Source of the DNA: an uncultured delta proteobacterium
GTDB lineage: Bacteria; Desulfobacterota; Binatia; JACPRU01
NCBI GenBank assembly: GCA_963745025.1
Contig: CAVUWD010000019.1
Location: forward strand, 96,001-160,000
Direction: 5' to 3'
Length of the DNA stretch: 64,000 bases
Below, one piece after another: positions 52,066 to 62,119 of the stretch; position 1 is the first letter of the stretch; every line of letters starts with the position of its first letter. The notes beneath the pieces are model-generated. The model was given only the letters and a program-made list of their open reading frames with translations. It was not told where the DNA came from and ran no database searches. A program made the translations under genes and the position numbers.

Positions 52066-53884
52066 ATGGACCGCGACGAAATCACCGGCAAGGCGTACGA
52101 CCTCCGCTTGATGCGCCGACTCTTGGGATACGTCCGCCCTTACCGGCGGACGTTCCTGCTCTCGCTCGTCTGCTTGCTCGTCTCCTCGCTCGCGCTGCTG
52201 GTGCAGCCCTATCTCTTGAAGATCGCCATCGACCGCTACATGGCCGCCAAGGATCTCGCCGGTCTCTCGGGGATGGCGGTGCTCTTCGTGCTCGCCGCGC
52301 TCGTGGAACTCGGTGCCTTCTACGGCAACTACTATCTGACCATGCTCGTCGCCCAGCGCGCCTCTCCGACCTCCGCGTGGAGGTGTTCGCTCACCTGCAG
52401 CGGCTGCCGATGGCGTTTTTCGACCGGAACCCGGTCGGGCGGCTCGTGACGCGCATGACGACCGACGTCGACGTGCTGAACGAGATGTTCGCCGCGGGTG
52501 CGCTGACGATCGTCATGGACGGTCTCACGCTCGCCGGCATCGTGGCGATCCTCTTTCACCTCCACGGCAGCTCGCGCTCGTCACGCTTTCGCTGATGCCG
52601 GTCATGGTCCTGGCGATCAACTTCTTCCGGGTTCGGGCGCGGCAGTCCTATCGCCTGATCCGCGAGCGCATCGCGCGCATCAACGCGTTCCTTCAGGAGC
52701 ACATCTCGGGAATGGCGATCGTGCAGCTCTTCGGGCGCGAAGCGCGCACGTTCCGCGAGTTCGACCAGCGGAACGACTCCCACCGCGACGCGAACCACCT
52801 GTCGAACGTCTACGAGGCATCGCTCTTCTCGCTCGTCGAGGCGGTGAGCTCCATCTCGATCGCGCTGATGGTGTGGTATGCGAGCGGCCGCATCGTCGCG
52901 GGGGCGATCGCGTTCGGCACGCTCGTCGCGTTCGTCGAGTACATCCAGAAGTTCTTCATCCCGATCCGCGACTTCTCGACGAAGTACGCGGTGATGCAGT
53001 CGGCGATGACCGCGGCCGAGCGGGTCTTTCAGCTCCTCGACACGAAGCCGCCCGCCGAGACCGAGCGCCGGCACGCGCCGTCGACGGTCGTCGGGCGTGT
53101 CGACTTCGAATCGGTCTGGTTCTCCTACAAGCGCCCGAAGGACGGCGAAATTGCCGCAGACGACTGGGTCTTGCGGGATGTGTCGTTCTCCGTCGCCGCC
53201 GGCGAGACGGTCGCGATCGTCGGCGCGACGGGCTCGGGAAAGACGACCCTCGTGAAGCTCCTCGCCGGCTTTTACGACGTCCAGCGAGGCGCCGTGAAGA
53301 TCGACGGGGTCGACGTGCGGAGCTGGCGGCTCGAGCGGCTGCGACGGAGCGTCGGCATCGTGCTTCAGGACGTGTTGCTGTTCCGCGGAGACGTCGCCTA
53401 CAACATCACGCTCGGCCGCGAGGAGATCGGCCGCGAGCGCATGGTGGCGGCGGCGAGCGCCGTCCACGCGGACAGCTTCGTGTCGCGGCTCCCGTCGGGT
53501 TACGACGAGCCGGTGCGCGAGCGCGGGAACAACCTCTCGACCGGCCAGCGCCAGCTCCTGTCCTTCGCCCGTGCGCTCGCGTACGACCCGGCCATCCTGG
53601 TGCTCGACGAGGCGACGTCGAGCGTCGATCCCGAGACCGAAGTGCTGATCCAGGACGCTCTGGAGCGGCTTCTCGCCGGCCGCACGGCGATCGTGATCGC
53701 GCACCGGCTGTCGACGATCGAGCGGGCCGACCGCATCATCGTGCTGCACCACGGCGAGGTGCGCGAGATCGGCACGCACGCCGAGCTCCTCGCCAGAGAC
53801 GGGATCTACGCCAAGCTTTACCGGCTGCAGTTCGCCGGGCATGCTGCGAAAGAGCTCGTCGCGAGCGGGGCGCCCGAGCGATGA
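52066..53884 (+). CDS. ABC exporter, fused TMD-NBD (MdlB-like; apparent indels ~52362 and ~52566)
   Basis: GATGSGKTT, LSTGQRQL, LDEAT; N-terminus split over three frames. Confidence 0.9.
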
Positions 53885-53935
53885 GCCACCGCTCGCCGAA
53901 GCCGCTTCTGGCGCGATCGAGGCGGGGCTAGAGGC

Positions 53936-55114
53936 ATGCAGCGAGCGAAGCGATTGACGCGATGGAAGATCCTGTCGGCGGCTCTCGTCGCCCTCGCAGC
54001 CGGCGCGATCTCCCTGTCCGGCTGCTCGGTGGGCTACGTGGCGCGTGCCGCCTACGAGGAGGCGCGCATTCTGTGGAAGCGCGAGCCGATCGAGACCGTG
54101 ATCGCGCGGCCGGACACTTCTCCGGCGGTGAAGCGCAAGCTAGAGCTCGTGCTCGACGTGCGCGAGTTCGCCGCCGAGCGCGTCGGGTTCCGCGTCGGCG
54201 GCAGCTTCCGCTCGATCTCGCCCATCGACGGGGGGGCGGTCGTCCAGCTGCTGACCGCCGCCCCACGTGACCGGCTCGAGGCTTACACCTGGTGGTTTCC
54301 GATCGTCGGACGCGTGCCCTACAAGGGCTTCTTCTCGAAGCAGGCCGCGCTGGCGACCGCCGCACAGCTCGAGAGAGACGGCTACGACACCTACGTGCGG
54401 CCCGCGATCGCCTTCTCGACCCTCGGCTGGTTCGACGATCCGCTGCCCTCTCCGCTGCTCAACCATGATGAGATCGCGCTCGCGCAGGTGATCTTCCACG
54501 AGCTCCTCCACAACACCCTGTTCCTGGCTGGAGAGACGGCGTTCGACGAATCGGCGGCGACCTTTGCCGGGTACCGCGCCGCGATCGAGTTCTTCTGCGA
54601 CGGTGAGCGCTCGGTGAGCGAGCAGTGCCGCGGGGCGACCGCCGACTGGCAGGATACGCTCACGATCTCGGCGTTCTTCGCGGCGAGCGTCGCGCGCCTC
54701 GAGAAATTCTACGAAGCCAAGCCGACCGGCGCGGCTCTCGAGGAAGGGCGCCAGCGAGCGTTTGCCGAGATCCGGGAACAATTCAGGGCGCTGAAGCTCC
54801 ATCCGGGCCGCCACGCGGACTTCGCCGCCGGACCCATCAACAACGCGAGCCTGCTCCAGGAGCAGATCTACCTGAGCGATCTAGCCCTCTTCGAGCAGCT
54901 CTACCGAGGTGAGGGCAATCTCCGCGCGACCGTGAAGCTCATCGAGACCGCGGTCGACAAAGGCGGGAACCCGTTCGACCGAGTGCGGGAGGCCCTCGAG
55001 GCCAATACGCGGGCGGTCGCTGCGGCTCGCGCTAGGAGGGTGCGTCACGGATCGCGCCCGACGGGCGCGATCAAAGGGGATGCAACATCCTACCGCGCTA
55101 GCGCCCGCCCGTAG
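53936..55114 (+). CDS. Putative zinc aminopeptidase lipoprotein (DUF2265-like)
   Basis: Lipobox LSGC; WWFPIVG..PYKGFF; STLGWFDDP; HELLH...E. Confidence 0.85.
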   Translation: MQRAKRLTRWKILSAALVALAAGAISLSGCSVGYVARAAYEEARILWKREPIETVIARPDTSPAVKRKLELVLDVREFAAERVGFRVGGSFRSISPIDGGAVVQLLTAAPRDRLEAYTWWFPIVGRVPYKGFFSKQAALATAAQLERDGYDTYVRPAIAFSTLGWFDDPLPSPLLNHDEIALAQVIFHELLHNTLFLAGETAFDESAATFAGYRAAIEFFCDGERSVSEQCRGATADWQDTLTISAFFAASVARLEKFYEAKPTGAALEEGRQRAFAEIREQFRALKLHPGRHADFAAGPINNASLLQEQIYLSDLALFEQLYRGEGNLRATVKLIETAVDKGGNPFDRVREALEANTRAVAAARARRVRHGSRPTGAIKGDATSYRASARP

Positions 55115-55619
55115 CGGCTTCGCCGGTCGGGGTCTCGCGCTTGTGGAGCGACAAACGCTCGTTTTCGAGCTGCGTGGCTTCCTTGTCGAGCTTCTGGAAC
55201 TCCGCGTCGTCACCGCGGTTCTTGGCGGCGAGCCGGACGCGGTAGACCTCGAAGAGCTTGGCGGTGATTTCGCGCTGGCGCGCTTGAGGATCGCTCGAGG
55301 CTGCGGAAGCGGCGCCGCGAGAGGGCTGCGCCGGGGAAGAGGACGATTGCAGCGCGGCGACCGCGGCCGGGGAGAGGTTCCTCTGCACGTCGGCGGGCAT
55401 CTCGCCGCTCACTTCGCGAATCGAGCGGACGGTTGCGCGATCCACCTCGATCGCGCCGAGGGGACGATAAACGACCAGCTTGTCGCCCTGATCCGTGTAG
55501 GACTCGCCCGCGATGTGCCGGCCGTTGTCGAGCTCGATGTCCACGTAAGCGGTCGCCAGCGCGGGCGCCAAGGCGCACGCCACCGTGGCGACTGCGAGCA
55601 CGGGAAACGGGGTTCGCAT
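55098..55619 (-). CDS. Secreted hypothetical protein
   Basis: Signal peptide (ALA), IELDNG beta-rich start, coiled-coil C-terminus; last gene of the pilin operon. Confidence 0.65.
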   Translation of the reverse strand: MRTPFPVLAVATVACALAPALATAYVDIELDNGRHIAGESYTDQGDKLVVYRPLGAIEVDRATVRSIREVSGEMPADVQRNLSPAAVAALQSSSSPAQPSRGAASAASSDPQARQREITAKLFEVYRVRLAAKNRGDDAEFQKLDKEATQLENERLSLHKRETPTGEAATGGR

Positions 55620-56821
55620 CAGTCACTCCAAGCCAGCACCGTCGCGTGTTGGGGAAGGACCTGACCCTGACCGGTCGGCAGGTTGTTGACCATCGACAAC
55701 GCCTGATTCGAGTAAAGCACCTGGGCGTTGCCTGCCACGGTGAGCTCGAGGTTGGTCGTCCAGATCGAACCGTAGATGAGCGCGTGCCCCGAGAGGTCGG
55801 TGTCGAAGTGAGTCGTGCCGCGCACGATGATCAGGCCGGTGAAATCCACGTCGCCGTTGATCGTCAATCCGCCATCGACGATCAGCACGCCCGCGCCCTG
55901 CATCGTGCCGTGCTGGCCGATCGTCAGGTCTCCCGTGTAGTGCGTGACCTTCGGGTCCGCCATCGTGCCAAAGGTGTCGTTGCCGTTGAGTTGCGGATCC
56001 GTCATCACGCAGGACGGCGAGGCGGTGGCGCAAGGGAGGTCCAGGATGTCGGGCACGATCTCATTTCGTACCCGGTCGACATCCGGTCCGACGCACGTCC
56101 CGACGCTCGGCATGTTCGGCCCGACCGGCGTACCCACCACGTTGTCGATGCCCGCGTTGCCGAGCTCGCTGACGATTCCGTTCGCGTCGGCCTGGGTGCG
56201 AGTGCTGATCCCGAGGGTGGGTGCGCTACCGCCGACAGCAGGCTGTCCGGTGGTGGGATCGTAGTCGGTGCCATCCACCATGAAGGAGTTGCCGTTGAAC
56301 GTCGAGTCGATCGGGGTGTTCGGCAGATCGACGGCGCCGCAGGTGAAGGGCCCGATCAGCCCGAGGTGAGCCTTCAGAGTGCGCTGCGATTCGCCGGGCG
56401 CTTGCCCAGCCGACGCGAGCAGCATTTTCTTGCTGCTGTTCGTGCCGCCGGGATCGCGATTGGGATCGGACGACGGAGTGATCGTATAGCGGATGTCGGA
56501 GTTCGCGGGCATCGTGAACGTTGGCGTCGACCAGCCGGAGAACGTCGTCCAGTTGTAGACGCCCGTGTTCGAGCTCGCATCGCCAAAGGTGGTGACGCCG
56601 CCGTTGGCGTTGATCACCCCGATCGCGTGCACGAGGCCCGACTCGGCCGCCTGCATCGCCTGGATGCCCGTGCGGTAATTGTTCGACAGCGTCACGCCGA
56701 AGCTCGCCGCCGAGAGTCCGGCGATGCCGAGCGTGAGAATCGCCAACAGCACGAGGAGGGCGAAGACCATCGACGAACCTTGGTTTGCGCGAGGAGCGAA
56801 ACGGTGTGATGGTTTTTTCAT
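55619..56821 (-). CDS. PilX-like minor pilin with long C-terminal domain
   Basis: RANQG|SSMVFALLVL leader; AAESG; C-terminal GDLTI/GGLTING repeats. Confidence 0.8.
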   Translation of the reverse strand: MKKPSHRFAPRANQGSSMVFALLVLLAILTLGIAGLSAASFGVTLSNNYRTGIQAMQAAESGLVHAIGVINANGGVTTFGDASSNTGVYNWTTFSGWSTPTFTMPANSDIRYTITPSSDPNRDPGGTNSSKKMLLASAGQAPGESQRTLKAHLGLIGPFTCGAVDLPNTPIDSTFNGNSFMVDGTDYDPTTGQPAVGGSAPTLGISTRTQADANGIVSELGNAGIDNVVGTPVGPNMPSVGTCVGPDVDRVRNEIVPDILDLPCATASPSCVMTDPQLNGNDTFGTMADPKVTHYTGDLTIGQHGTMQGAGVLIVDGGLTINGDVDFTGLIIVRGTTHFDTDLSGHALIYGSIWTTNLELTVAGNAQVLYSNQALSMVNNLPTGQGQVLPQHATVLAWSD

Positions 56822-57465
56822 AGTTTTGCCAAAACGCGATTTCGCAGCGCCACTCGCGCCCCGAGGTTCACGTTGGTGATCGCGGTCGCGGCGCGAGCGG
56901 TTTGCACCTTGACCGTGACTTGGATGTTGGTCACGCCGTTACAGTCCGCGCTGGTGACCTCACTCGGGCTTCCCGACATCGCGGCCGCGGAGGCATCCTT
57001 GAAGTACTGAAGGGTGAGGCCCGCGGCGTTGCGAATCAGCAGCGTGTCGACGCCGTTGACGGTGCGCCAGATTCGCTTTCCGGCCGAATCGTAACGGTAG
57101 GTGATCGACTCGTTGGCATCGATCGTCCCATCGATGGGGCTTCCATTGGCACCATCCCAGGCGATCGTCAGTCGGCTCGTCTGCGCACCGCTGAGTCCCG
57201 CACCGCAGGTTCCCGTCTGCGGCCAGGTACCTGCCGGGTTGGCGCCCGCCATGCGAATCTCGTTGGCCATGAAATCGAGCGCGGCACGACTGCCCTCGAT
57301 GGCGTCGAGGCCCGCGGACTGATCCGTGAGCGAACGGAGCTGGCTGCGGAAGAAGAGGAAGCCCGCGGAACCCAGCACGAACGAGATCATCGTCGTCACC
57401 AGCAGCTCGACGAGGGTGAAACCAGCCGCGGCCGGATGCTTGCCCTTCACCTTCCTCATGCTCAT
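56818..57465 (-). CDS. PilW-like minor pilin
   Basis: G|FTLVELLV; EIRMAG. Confidence 0.85.
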   Translation of the reverse strand: MSMRKVKGKHPAAAGFTLVELLVTTMISFVLGSAGFLFFRSQLRSLTDQSAGLDAIEGSRAALDFMANEIRMAGANPAGTWPQTGTCGAGLSGAQTSRLTIAWDGANGSPIDGTIDANESITYRYDSAGKRIWRTVNGVDTLLIRNAAGLTLQYFKDASAAAMSGSPSEVTSADCNGVTNIQVTVKVQTARAATAITNVNLGARVALRNRVLAKL

Positions 57466-57842
57466 TGGGGCACCAGCGTCACCAGCCGGACAGAGCCGGG
57501 CCCCGGACGGTCGGGCCACGAGACGGCGACGTCGACGCGACTGATTCCGGTGGTCGGCGAGTTCGCCGTCACCGTCCAGGTTCGGCTGAAGATTCCACCA
57601 CTCGTGCCGTCGGCGTTGAGTGGTCCGTCGCTGCCACTGGCCACGGTCGAGAGGGTACGGATCTGCTCGATCTTGTCTTCGGCGAGCGTGGTGGCGACCG
57701 ACTGGTTCCTGCTGAGATCGGCGACCTTGCGCGCACTGAGCAACGTAGGCGAGAGGCCGATCACGACGACGGCGAAGACCGCGATCGCCGCGAGAACCTC
57801 GATGAACGTGCCGCCGTGCTGCGAGCGCGCCGGCTTCATCAC
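57462..57842 (-). CDS. PilV-like minor pilin
   Basis: GG|TFIEVL; VAVSW. Confidence 0.8.
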   Translation of the reverse strand: MMKPARSQHGGTFIEVLAAIAVFAVVVIGLSPTLLSARKVADLSRNQSVATTLAEDKIEQIRTLSTVASGSDGPLNADGTSGGIFSRTWTVTANSPTTGISRVDVAVSWPDRPGPGSVRLVTLVPQ

Positions 57843-58318
57843 GAGATATCCACCGAGCCGATGAGCCCGACGAGGATGGTGCGGGTGTCTCCCCGTGCGT
57901 TCTGCAGCGTCACCGTGACCGCGTTGGCGACGGTGCCCTGGGGCGTGAACGTCAAGAGGATGTTGTCGGGTGACACCACCGTGACGCCACCGTCGAGGAC
58001 GAGCGGAGTGCCGATCGAAGTCACGGTGGCGAAGCCGTCGCGGCTTCCCTGCACGACGAGCGTAGTTCGATCCTCGCTCACGAACACCCTGGCTTGCTCG
58101 TTCCGCGTCACGGCCGTGCTGCGAGCAACCCGGATGGAGCCGACCGCGCCTCGCAGCCCGGCCGTCAAGCGGTGGCTGTTCAACGCGCTCGACATACCCG
58201 GGACCGTGACGGCGGCGAGCGTGCCGGCGATGCTGGCGGTCACCAGCGTTTCGAGAAGCGTGAATCCCCTTTGGGATTTTTTTGCTGAGGCCCGGCGAAC
58301 GCTTGCGCTGTAGTCCAT
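57839..58318 (-). CDS. FimT/FimU-like minor pilin
   Basis: G|FTLLETLV; ARSTAV; FTPQG. Confidence 0.85.
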   Translation of the reverse strand: MDYSASVRRASAKKSQRGFTLLETLVTASIAGTLAAVTVPGMSSALNSHRLTAGLRGAVGSIRVARSTAVTRNEQARVFVSEDRTTLVVQGSRDGFATVTSIGTPLVLDGGVTVVSPDNILLTFTPQGTVANAVTVTLQNARGDTRTILVGLIGSVDIS

Positions 58319-58330
58319 GGCAATCGGAAA

Positions 58331-58346
58331 AGCAGATCCTGTGCCA
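58331..58346 (-). promoter_or_regulatory. Sigma54 (-24/-12) promoter of the minor pilin operon
   Basis: TGGCACAGGATCTGCT (GG-N10-GC). Confidence 0.7.
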
Positions 58347-58590
58347 CAGTATGTGTCGAAAATTAGTTAAACTTTCCGTAGGTCGATGGTTTTTGCCCTC
58401 GCTATTGTAATGTGGAGTGGTACAAAATTGATCGCCAATCTATTGAAACTAAGATGGCAAAGTTCTGACAATTTGCCGTAACAACGACCATTTGTGTGCC
58501 AACTCAATGATGCTTCCAATGCTGTCAAAAAAATGGCGCAGAAAAACCAAGTTAAAACAGATAGTTGCTGCTTTTGCATATTTGGGTGAA

Positions 58591-58606
58591 TGGCATTCAT
58601 CTTGAA
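58591..58606 (+). promoter_or_regulatory. Putative sigma54 promoter of pilB
   Basis: TGGCATTCATCTTGAA (correct spacing, GA at -12). Confidence 0.5.
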
Positions 58607-58666
58607 GCGTATCGTCGAAGGGCGAAATTAAAGCCCGCAATTGCCAATCCCTGAAGGGAGCTTTTG

Positions 58667-60361
58667 ATGTCGACCCTCGGCGGCCTCCTGATCAAAAAGT
58701 CCATCCTCACGTCGGACCAGCTGGCTCGAGCCAAGAACGACCAGCAACAGCAAGGTGGTCCGCTGGTGACGAGCCTTATCCGCCTCGGCTTGATCCGCGA
58801 CGACGACTTGTTGATGTGCCTCCATCAGGAATATCGATTGCCGATCCTCGATCTGCAATCGATCGAGCCGAGTCCCGAGGTGCTGCGGCTGATTCCTCCG
58901 GCGCTGGCCCAGAAGCATCACGTCCTGCCCATCAACCGCAGTGGCTCGATCATCACGCTCGCCGTGGCCGATCCCTCGCATCTCGCGGCGTTCAACGAGA
59001 TCAAGTTTCTGTCGGGCTGCGACGTCAAGGTAGTGCTCGCCCAGGCCGGCGCCATCGAGAGAGCGATCCAGAAGCACTACAGCCAGAGCGCGCGGGCCTA
59101 CGAGGAGGTGCTGGCCAAGCTCGAGGTGGAGAGGCTGGCCGACGTCGACGTGGATGTCGATGAGCTGCAGCGAGCGAGCGAGGACGCTCCCGTCGTCAAG
59201 CTCGTCTCGACGCTGATGTCGGACGCGATCGAGAAGCGCGCCAGCGACATCCACATCGAGCCGTACGAGGAAGACCTGCGCGTACGCTTCCGCATCGACG
59301 GCGTGCTGCACGAGATCATGCAGCCGCCCGTCCGCCTGCGGGCCGCGATCGCCTCGCGCATCAAGGTGATGGCGTCACTCGACATCGCCGAGCGGCGCTT
59401 ACCACAGGACGGCATGATTAAGATCAAGACCGCGGGCGGGAAGGAGATCAACTTCCGCGTGTCGGTGCTCCCGACCGTCTTCGGCGAGAAGGTCGTGCTC
59501 CGCCTGCTCGCCAGGGGAAGCCTGCAATACGACCTCAACAAGCTCGGCATGACCGAAGACGGCTACCAGGTCTTCCGCAAGATGATCTCCGAGCCGTCGG
59601 GAATGCTGCTGGTCACGGGACCGACGGGCAGCGGAAAGACGACGACCCTCTACTCGGCTCTCGCGGTGCTCAACAAGGAGGAGCGGAACATCTCGTCGGC
59701 GGAGGACCCCGTCGAGATTTACATGCGCGGGATCAATCAGGTGAAGATCAGCGAAGACATCGGCCTCACCTTCGCCGCGGTGCTCCGCTCGGTTCTGCGA
59801 CAGGATCCCGACGTGCTGATGATCGGCGAAATTCGCGACTTCGAGACCATCGAGATCGCGGTCAAGGCGGCGCTCACGGGACACCTCGTGCTGTCGACTC
59901 TGCACACCAACGACGCGCCATCGACGGTCGGCCGCATGCTCAACATGGGCGTCGACCCATTCCTGATCGCCGCGTCGTTGAACCTGATCGTCGCCCAGCG
60001 CTTGGCGCGGGTGATCTGCCAGCAGTGCAGGGCGATCGTGGAGGACTACCCGCGCGACGCGCTGCTCGAGGTCGGGTTCGGCGAAGAGGAGCTGTCGGAC
60101 CTGGTCCTCTATCGCGGCGCCGGCTGCGAAGAATGTTCGAACACCGGCTACCAGGGCCGGCTTGCGTTCTACGAGCTCCTGCCGATGACCGAGGAGATGC
60201 GGAGCCTGGTCATGGCACACGCAACGACCGACGAGCTTCGCAAGCGAGCGATCGCCGCGGGAATGACGACGCTGCGCGAGGGTGGGTTGCAGAAGGCACG
60301 CGAGGGCCTGACGACGGTTGAGGAGGTGCTGCGCGTCACCTCCTCGGAGGGCGCGAACTGA
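58667..60361 (+). CDS. pilB: Type IV pilus extension ATPase PilB
   Basis: [30 protein letters not shown], CxxC..CxxC. Confidence 0.92.
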   Translation: MSTLGGLLIKKSILTSDQLARAKNDQQQQGGPLVTSLIRLGLIRDDDLLMCLHQEYRLPILDLQSIEPSPEVLRLIPPALAQKHHVLPINRSGSIITLAVADPSHLAAFNEIKFLSGCDVKVVLAQAGAIERAIQKHYSQSARAYEEVLAKLEVERLADVDVDVDELQRASEDAPVVKLVSTLMSDAIEKRASDIHIEPYEEDLRVRFRIDGVLHEIMQPPVRLRAAIASRIKVMASLDIAERRLPQDGMIKIKTAGGKEINFRVSVLPTVFGEKVVLRLLARGSLQYDLNKLGMTEDGYQVFRKMISEPSGMLLVTGPTGSGKTTTLYSALAVLNKEERNISSAEDPVEIYMRGINQVKISEDIGLTFAAVLRSVLRQDPDVLMIGEIRDFETIEIAVKAALTGHLVLSTLHTNDAPSTVGRMLNMGVDPFLIAASLNLIVAQRLARVICQQCRAIVEDYPRDALLEVGFGEEELSDLVLYRGAGCEECSNTGYQGRLAFYELLPMTEEMRSLVMAHATTDELRKRAIAAGMTTLREGGLQKAREGLTTVEEVLRVTSSEGAN

Positions 60362-60365
60362 AGAG

Positions 60366-60428
60366 AGGCTACCGGCTACCGGCAAAGACTTCACGGTGCC
60401 TTTGCGGTAGCCGCTAGCCGGCAGGCCC
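60366..60428. repeat. Heptamer-repeat palindrome between convergent genes
   Basis: GGCTACC GGCTACC GGCAAAG ... CTTTGC GGTAGCC GCTAGCC. Confidence 0.75.
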
Positions 60429-62119
60429 TACCGTCTCAGTTCCTCCAGCGCGCGGATTCCGCGCACCGTCGCGACTGCGAAGACCGCGAGATCGAAGGTG
60501 ACGACCGCCGCGAAGCTCGTGGCGATGCCGGCGACCTCGGCCGTCGACAGCGGCCGATGGACGAGCCGCGCGAAGAGAATCGCCCAGAGCGGCCAGGCCT
60601 CGAGCACGACGTTCAGGCCGATGAACAGGATCGCGAGGATCATGTAGACGACGCCGCCGAAGCTCGAAGGGATCTTCGCAGCGTTCTCGTACTCGAACTG
60701 CGGATAGAGGCTGCCGAGACAGAGCCCGAGCGCAGCGATGCCGAGCGTCATCAACGCCAGGGTCACGACCGAGACCACCATCGTCACGGTGCCGACGCCG
60801 AGCGCGCGATTGCCGAGCACCAGGAGCAGGATGCCGAGCGCCGCGAGCGGCCCGACGCCGCTCCAGAACTTGCTCCACCACACGCGGCGGAGCCGGATCG
60901 GCGCGCTCTCGACTAGCCAGAACGCCCGCCCCTCGAGACTAATGGACGGGTAGAGGAAGCGCACCGCCACGGAGGCCATCACGAACGACGCCAGTGCGAG
61001 ATTCAGAAAGGCGAGCGCGTGCTCGAGATAGAACTGTGCCATGAACGCGCCTGCACGGGGCAGCACGCGGAAGTTGTAGATGTAGACGACGACCAGCGCG
61101 CCGAGCAGGATGAGCTGCGACCACTGCGTGGTGTCGCGGAGGAACGTCTTCAGGTCCTTCAGCACGAGGGCGCGCGCGGGGGGCGAGATCGGCAGCCGCG
61201 CGAACAGTCGATCCCAGAGCGGGAGCCCGGTGACGCGGGCCCGGCGGCCCTCCTGCGAGTGCGACCAGCCGGTCGCGTAGACCCGCTCGGCGACGATCGA
61301 ACAGACGACGAACCCCGCCGCCGCGCTGGTCGCGAGCGCGAGGTATTGAAGCGCGGGATCCTGTCCGGGACGCGGCGCGATGAAGGGAAGGAGCGTGGCA
61401 ACGGCCCAGCTGCTCGGCAAATACGGAGACACCGGGGCCTGCACGGCTGCCAGAAACTGCAGGAAGTCCGCGAACGCTTCGGGCCGAACCAATCGCTCCG
61501 GCTGGAGGAATCGCAGGAACACGTAGAGAAGCGCCACCGCCGCCACGGAGAGCAGCAAGCAGACGTCTTTCGTGCTGCGTGCTGGAAACACGCGCACCAG
61601 CACCATGGTGATCGTGACGCCGATCGCGCACGGGAGCACGAGGAAGGGCGGAAGCACCGCGACCGTCGCGAGGTAGAAGGCAGCGCCGGCATGGTACACG
61701 ACCCCGTAGGCGAGAAAGATCGGCAAGCCGAATAGCACGATCATCCACGACGAATCCCAAAGTGTTTCCAGAAAACGGCCGGTGTGAAGCGCCCCCGCGG
61801 AGATCGGCGAAGCAAGGAGCAGGCCGAGATCGGCGGAGAGGTAGTAGGTGGAAAGCGCCGTGATGATGTTCGAGAACAGCAGGATCGAGAAGAACGACAG
61901 GAGGACCATCGCGAGCAGGCGTTCGGCGAGCACCGGCCCGAGCTCGGGAACACCCTGGAAGTAGGCGAGCACGCGGGCGAAGAACAGGAAGATCGCCGCC
62001 CAAAACACCAGGCCGAGCCCGAGGAGCAAGGCTCCGCGCCGCCGCTCCGAGCGCTCGGCGCGAATCCACTGCCCGCGGAGGGCGAGCCAGCGGGGGCGGA
62101 GAAGCGCGATGCCGGTCAT
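60428..62119 (-). CDS. Putative ABC-2-like permease (~12 TM)
   Basis: Multi-TM; KDLKTFLRD, SISLEGRAFW; coupled to an ABC ATPase. Confidence 0.85.
   Translation of the reverse strand: MTGIALLRPRWLALRGQWIRAERSERRRGALLLGLGLVFWAAIFLFFARVLAYFQGVPELGPVLAERLLAMVLLSFFSILLFSNIITALSTYYLSADLGLLLASPISAGALHTGRFLETLWDSSWMIVLFGLPIFLAYGVVYHAGAAFYLATVAVLPPFLVLPCAIGVTITMVLVRVFPARSTKDVCLLLSVAAVALLYVFLRFLQPERLVRPEAFADFLQFLAAVQAPVSPYLPSSWAVATLLPFIAPRPGQDPALQYLALATSAAAGFVVCSIVAERVYATGWSHSQEGRRARVTGLPLWDRLFARLPISPPARALVLKDLKTFLRDTTQWSQLILLGALVVVYIYNFRVLPRAGAFMAQFYLEHALAFLNLALASFVMASVAVRFLYPSISLEGRAFWLVESAPIRLRRVWWSKFWSGVGPLAALGILLLVLGNRALGVGTVTMVVSVVTLALMTLGIAALGLCLGSLYPQFEYENAAKIPSSFGGVVYMILAILFIGLNVVLEAWPLWAILFARLVHRPLSTAEVAGIATSFAAVVTFDLAVFAVATVRGIRALEELRR

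Noticed and set aside
58367-58640. Short ORFs, a foreign island or a c-di-GMP riboswitch in the AT-rich stretch
   Set aside because: No recognisable protein, mobility gene or complete riboswitch consensus; better explained as a sigma54 regulatory region.
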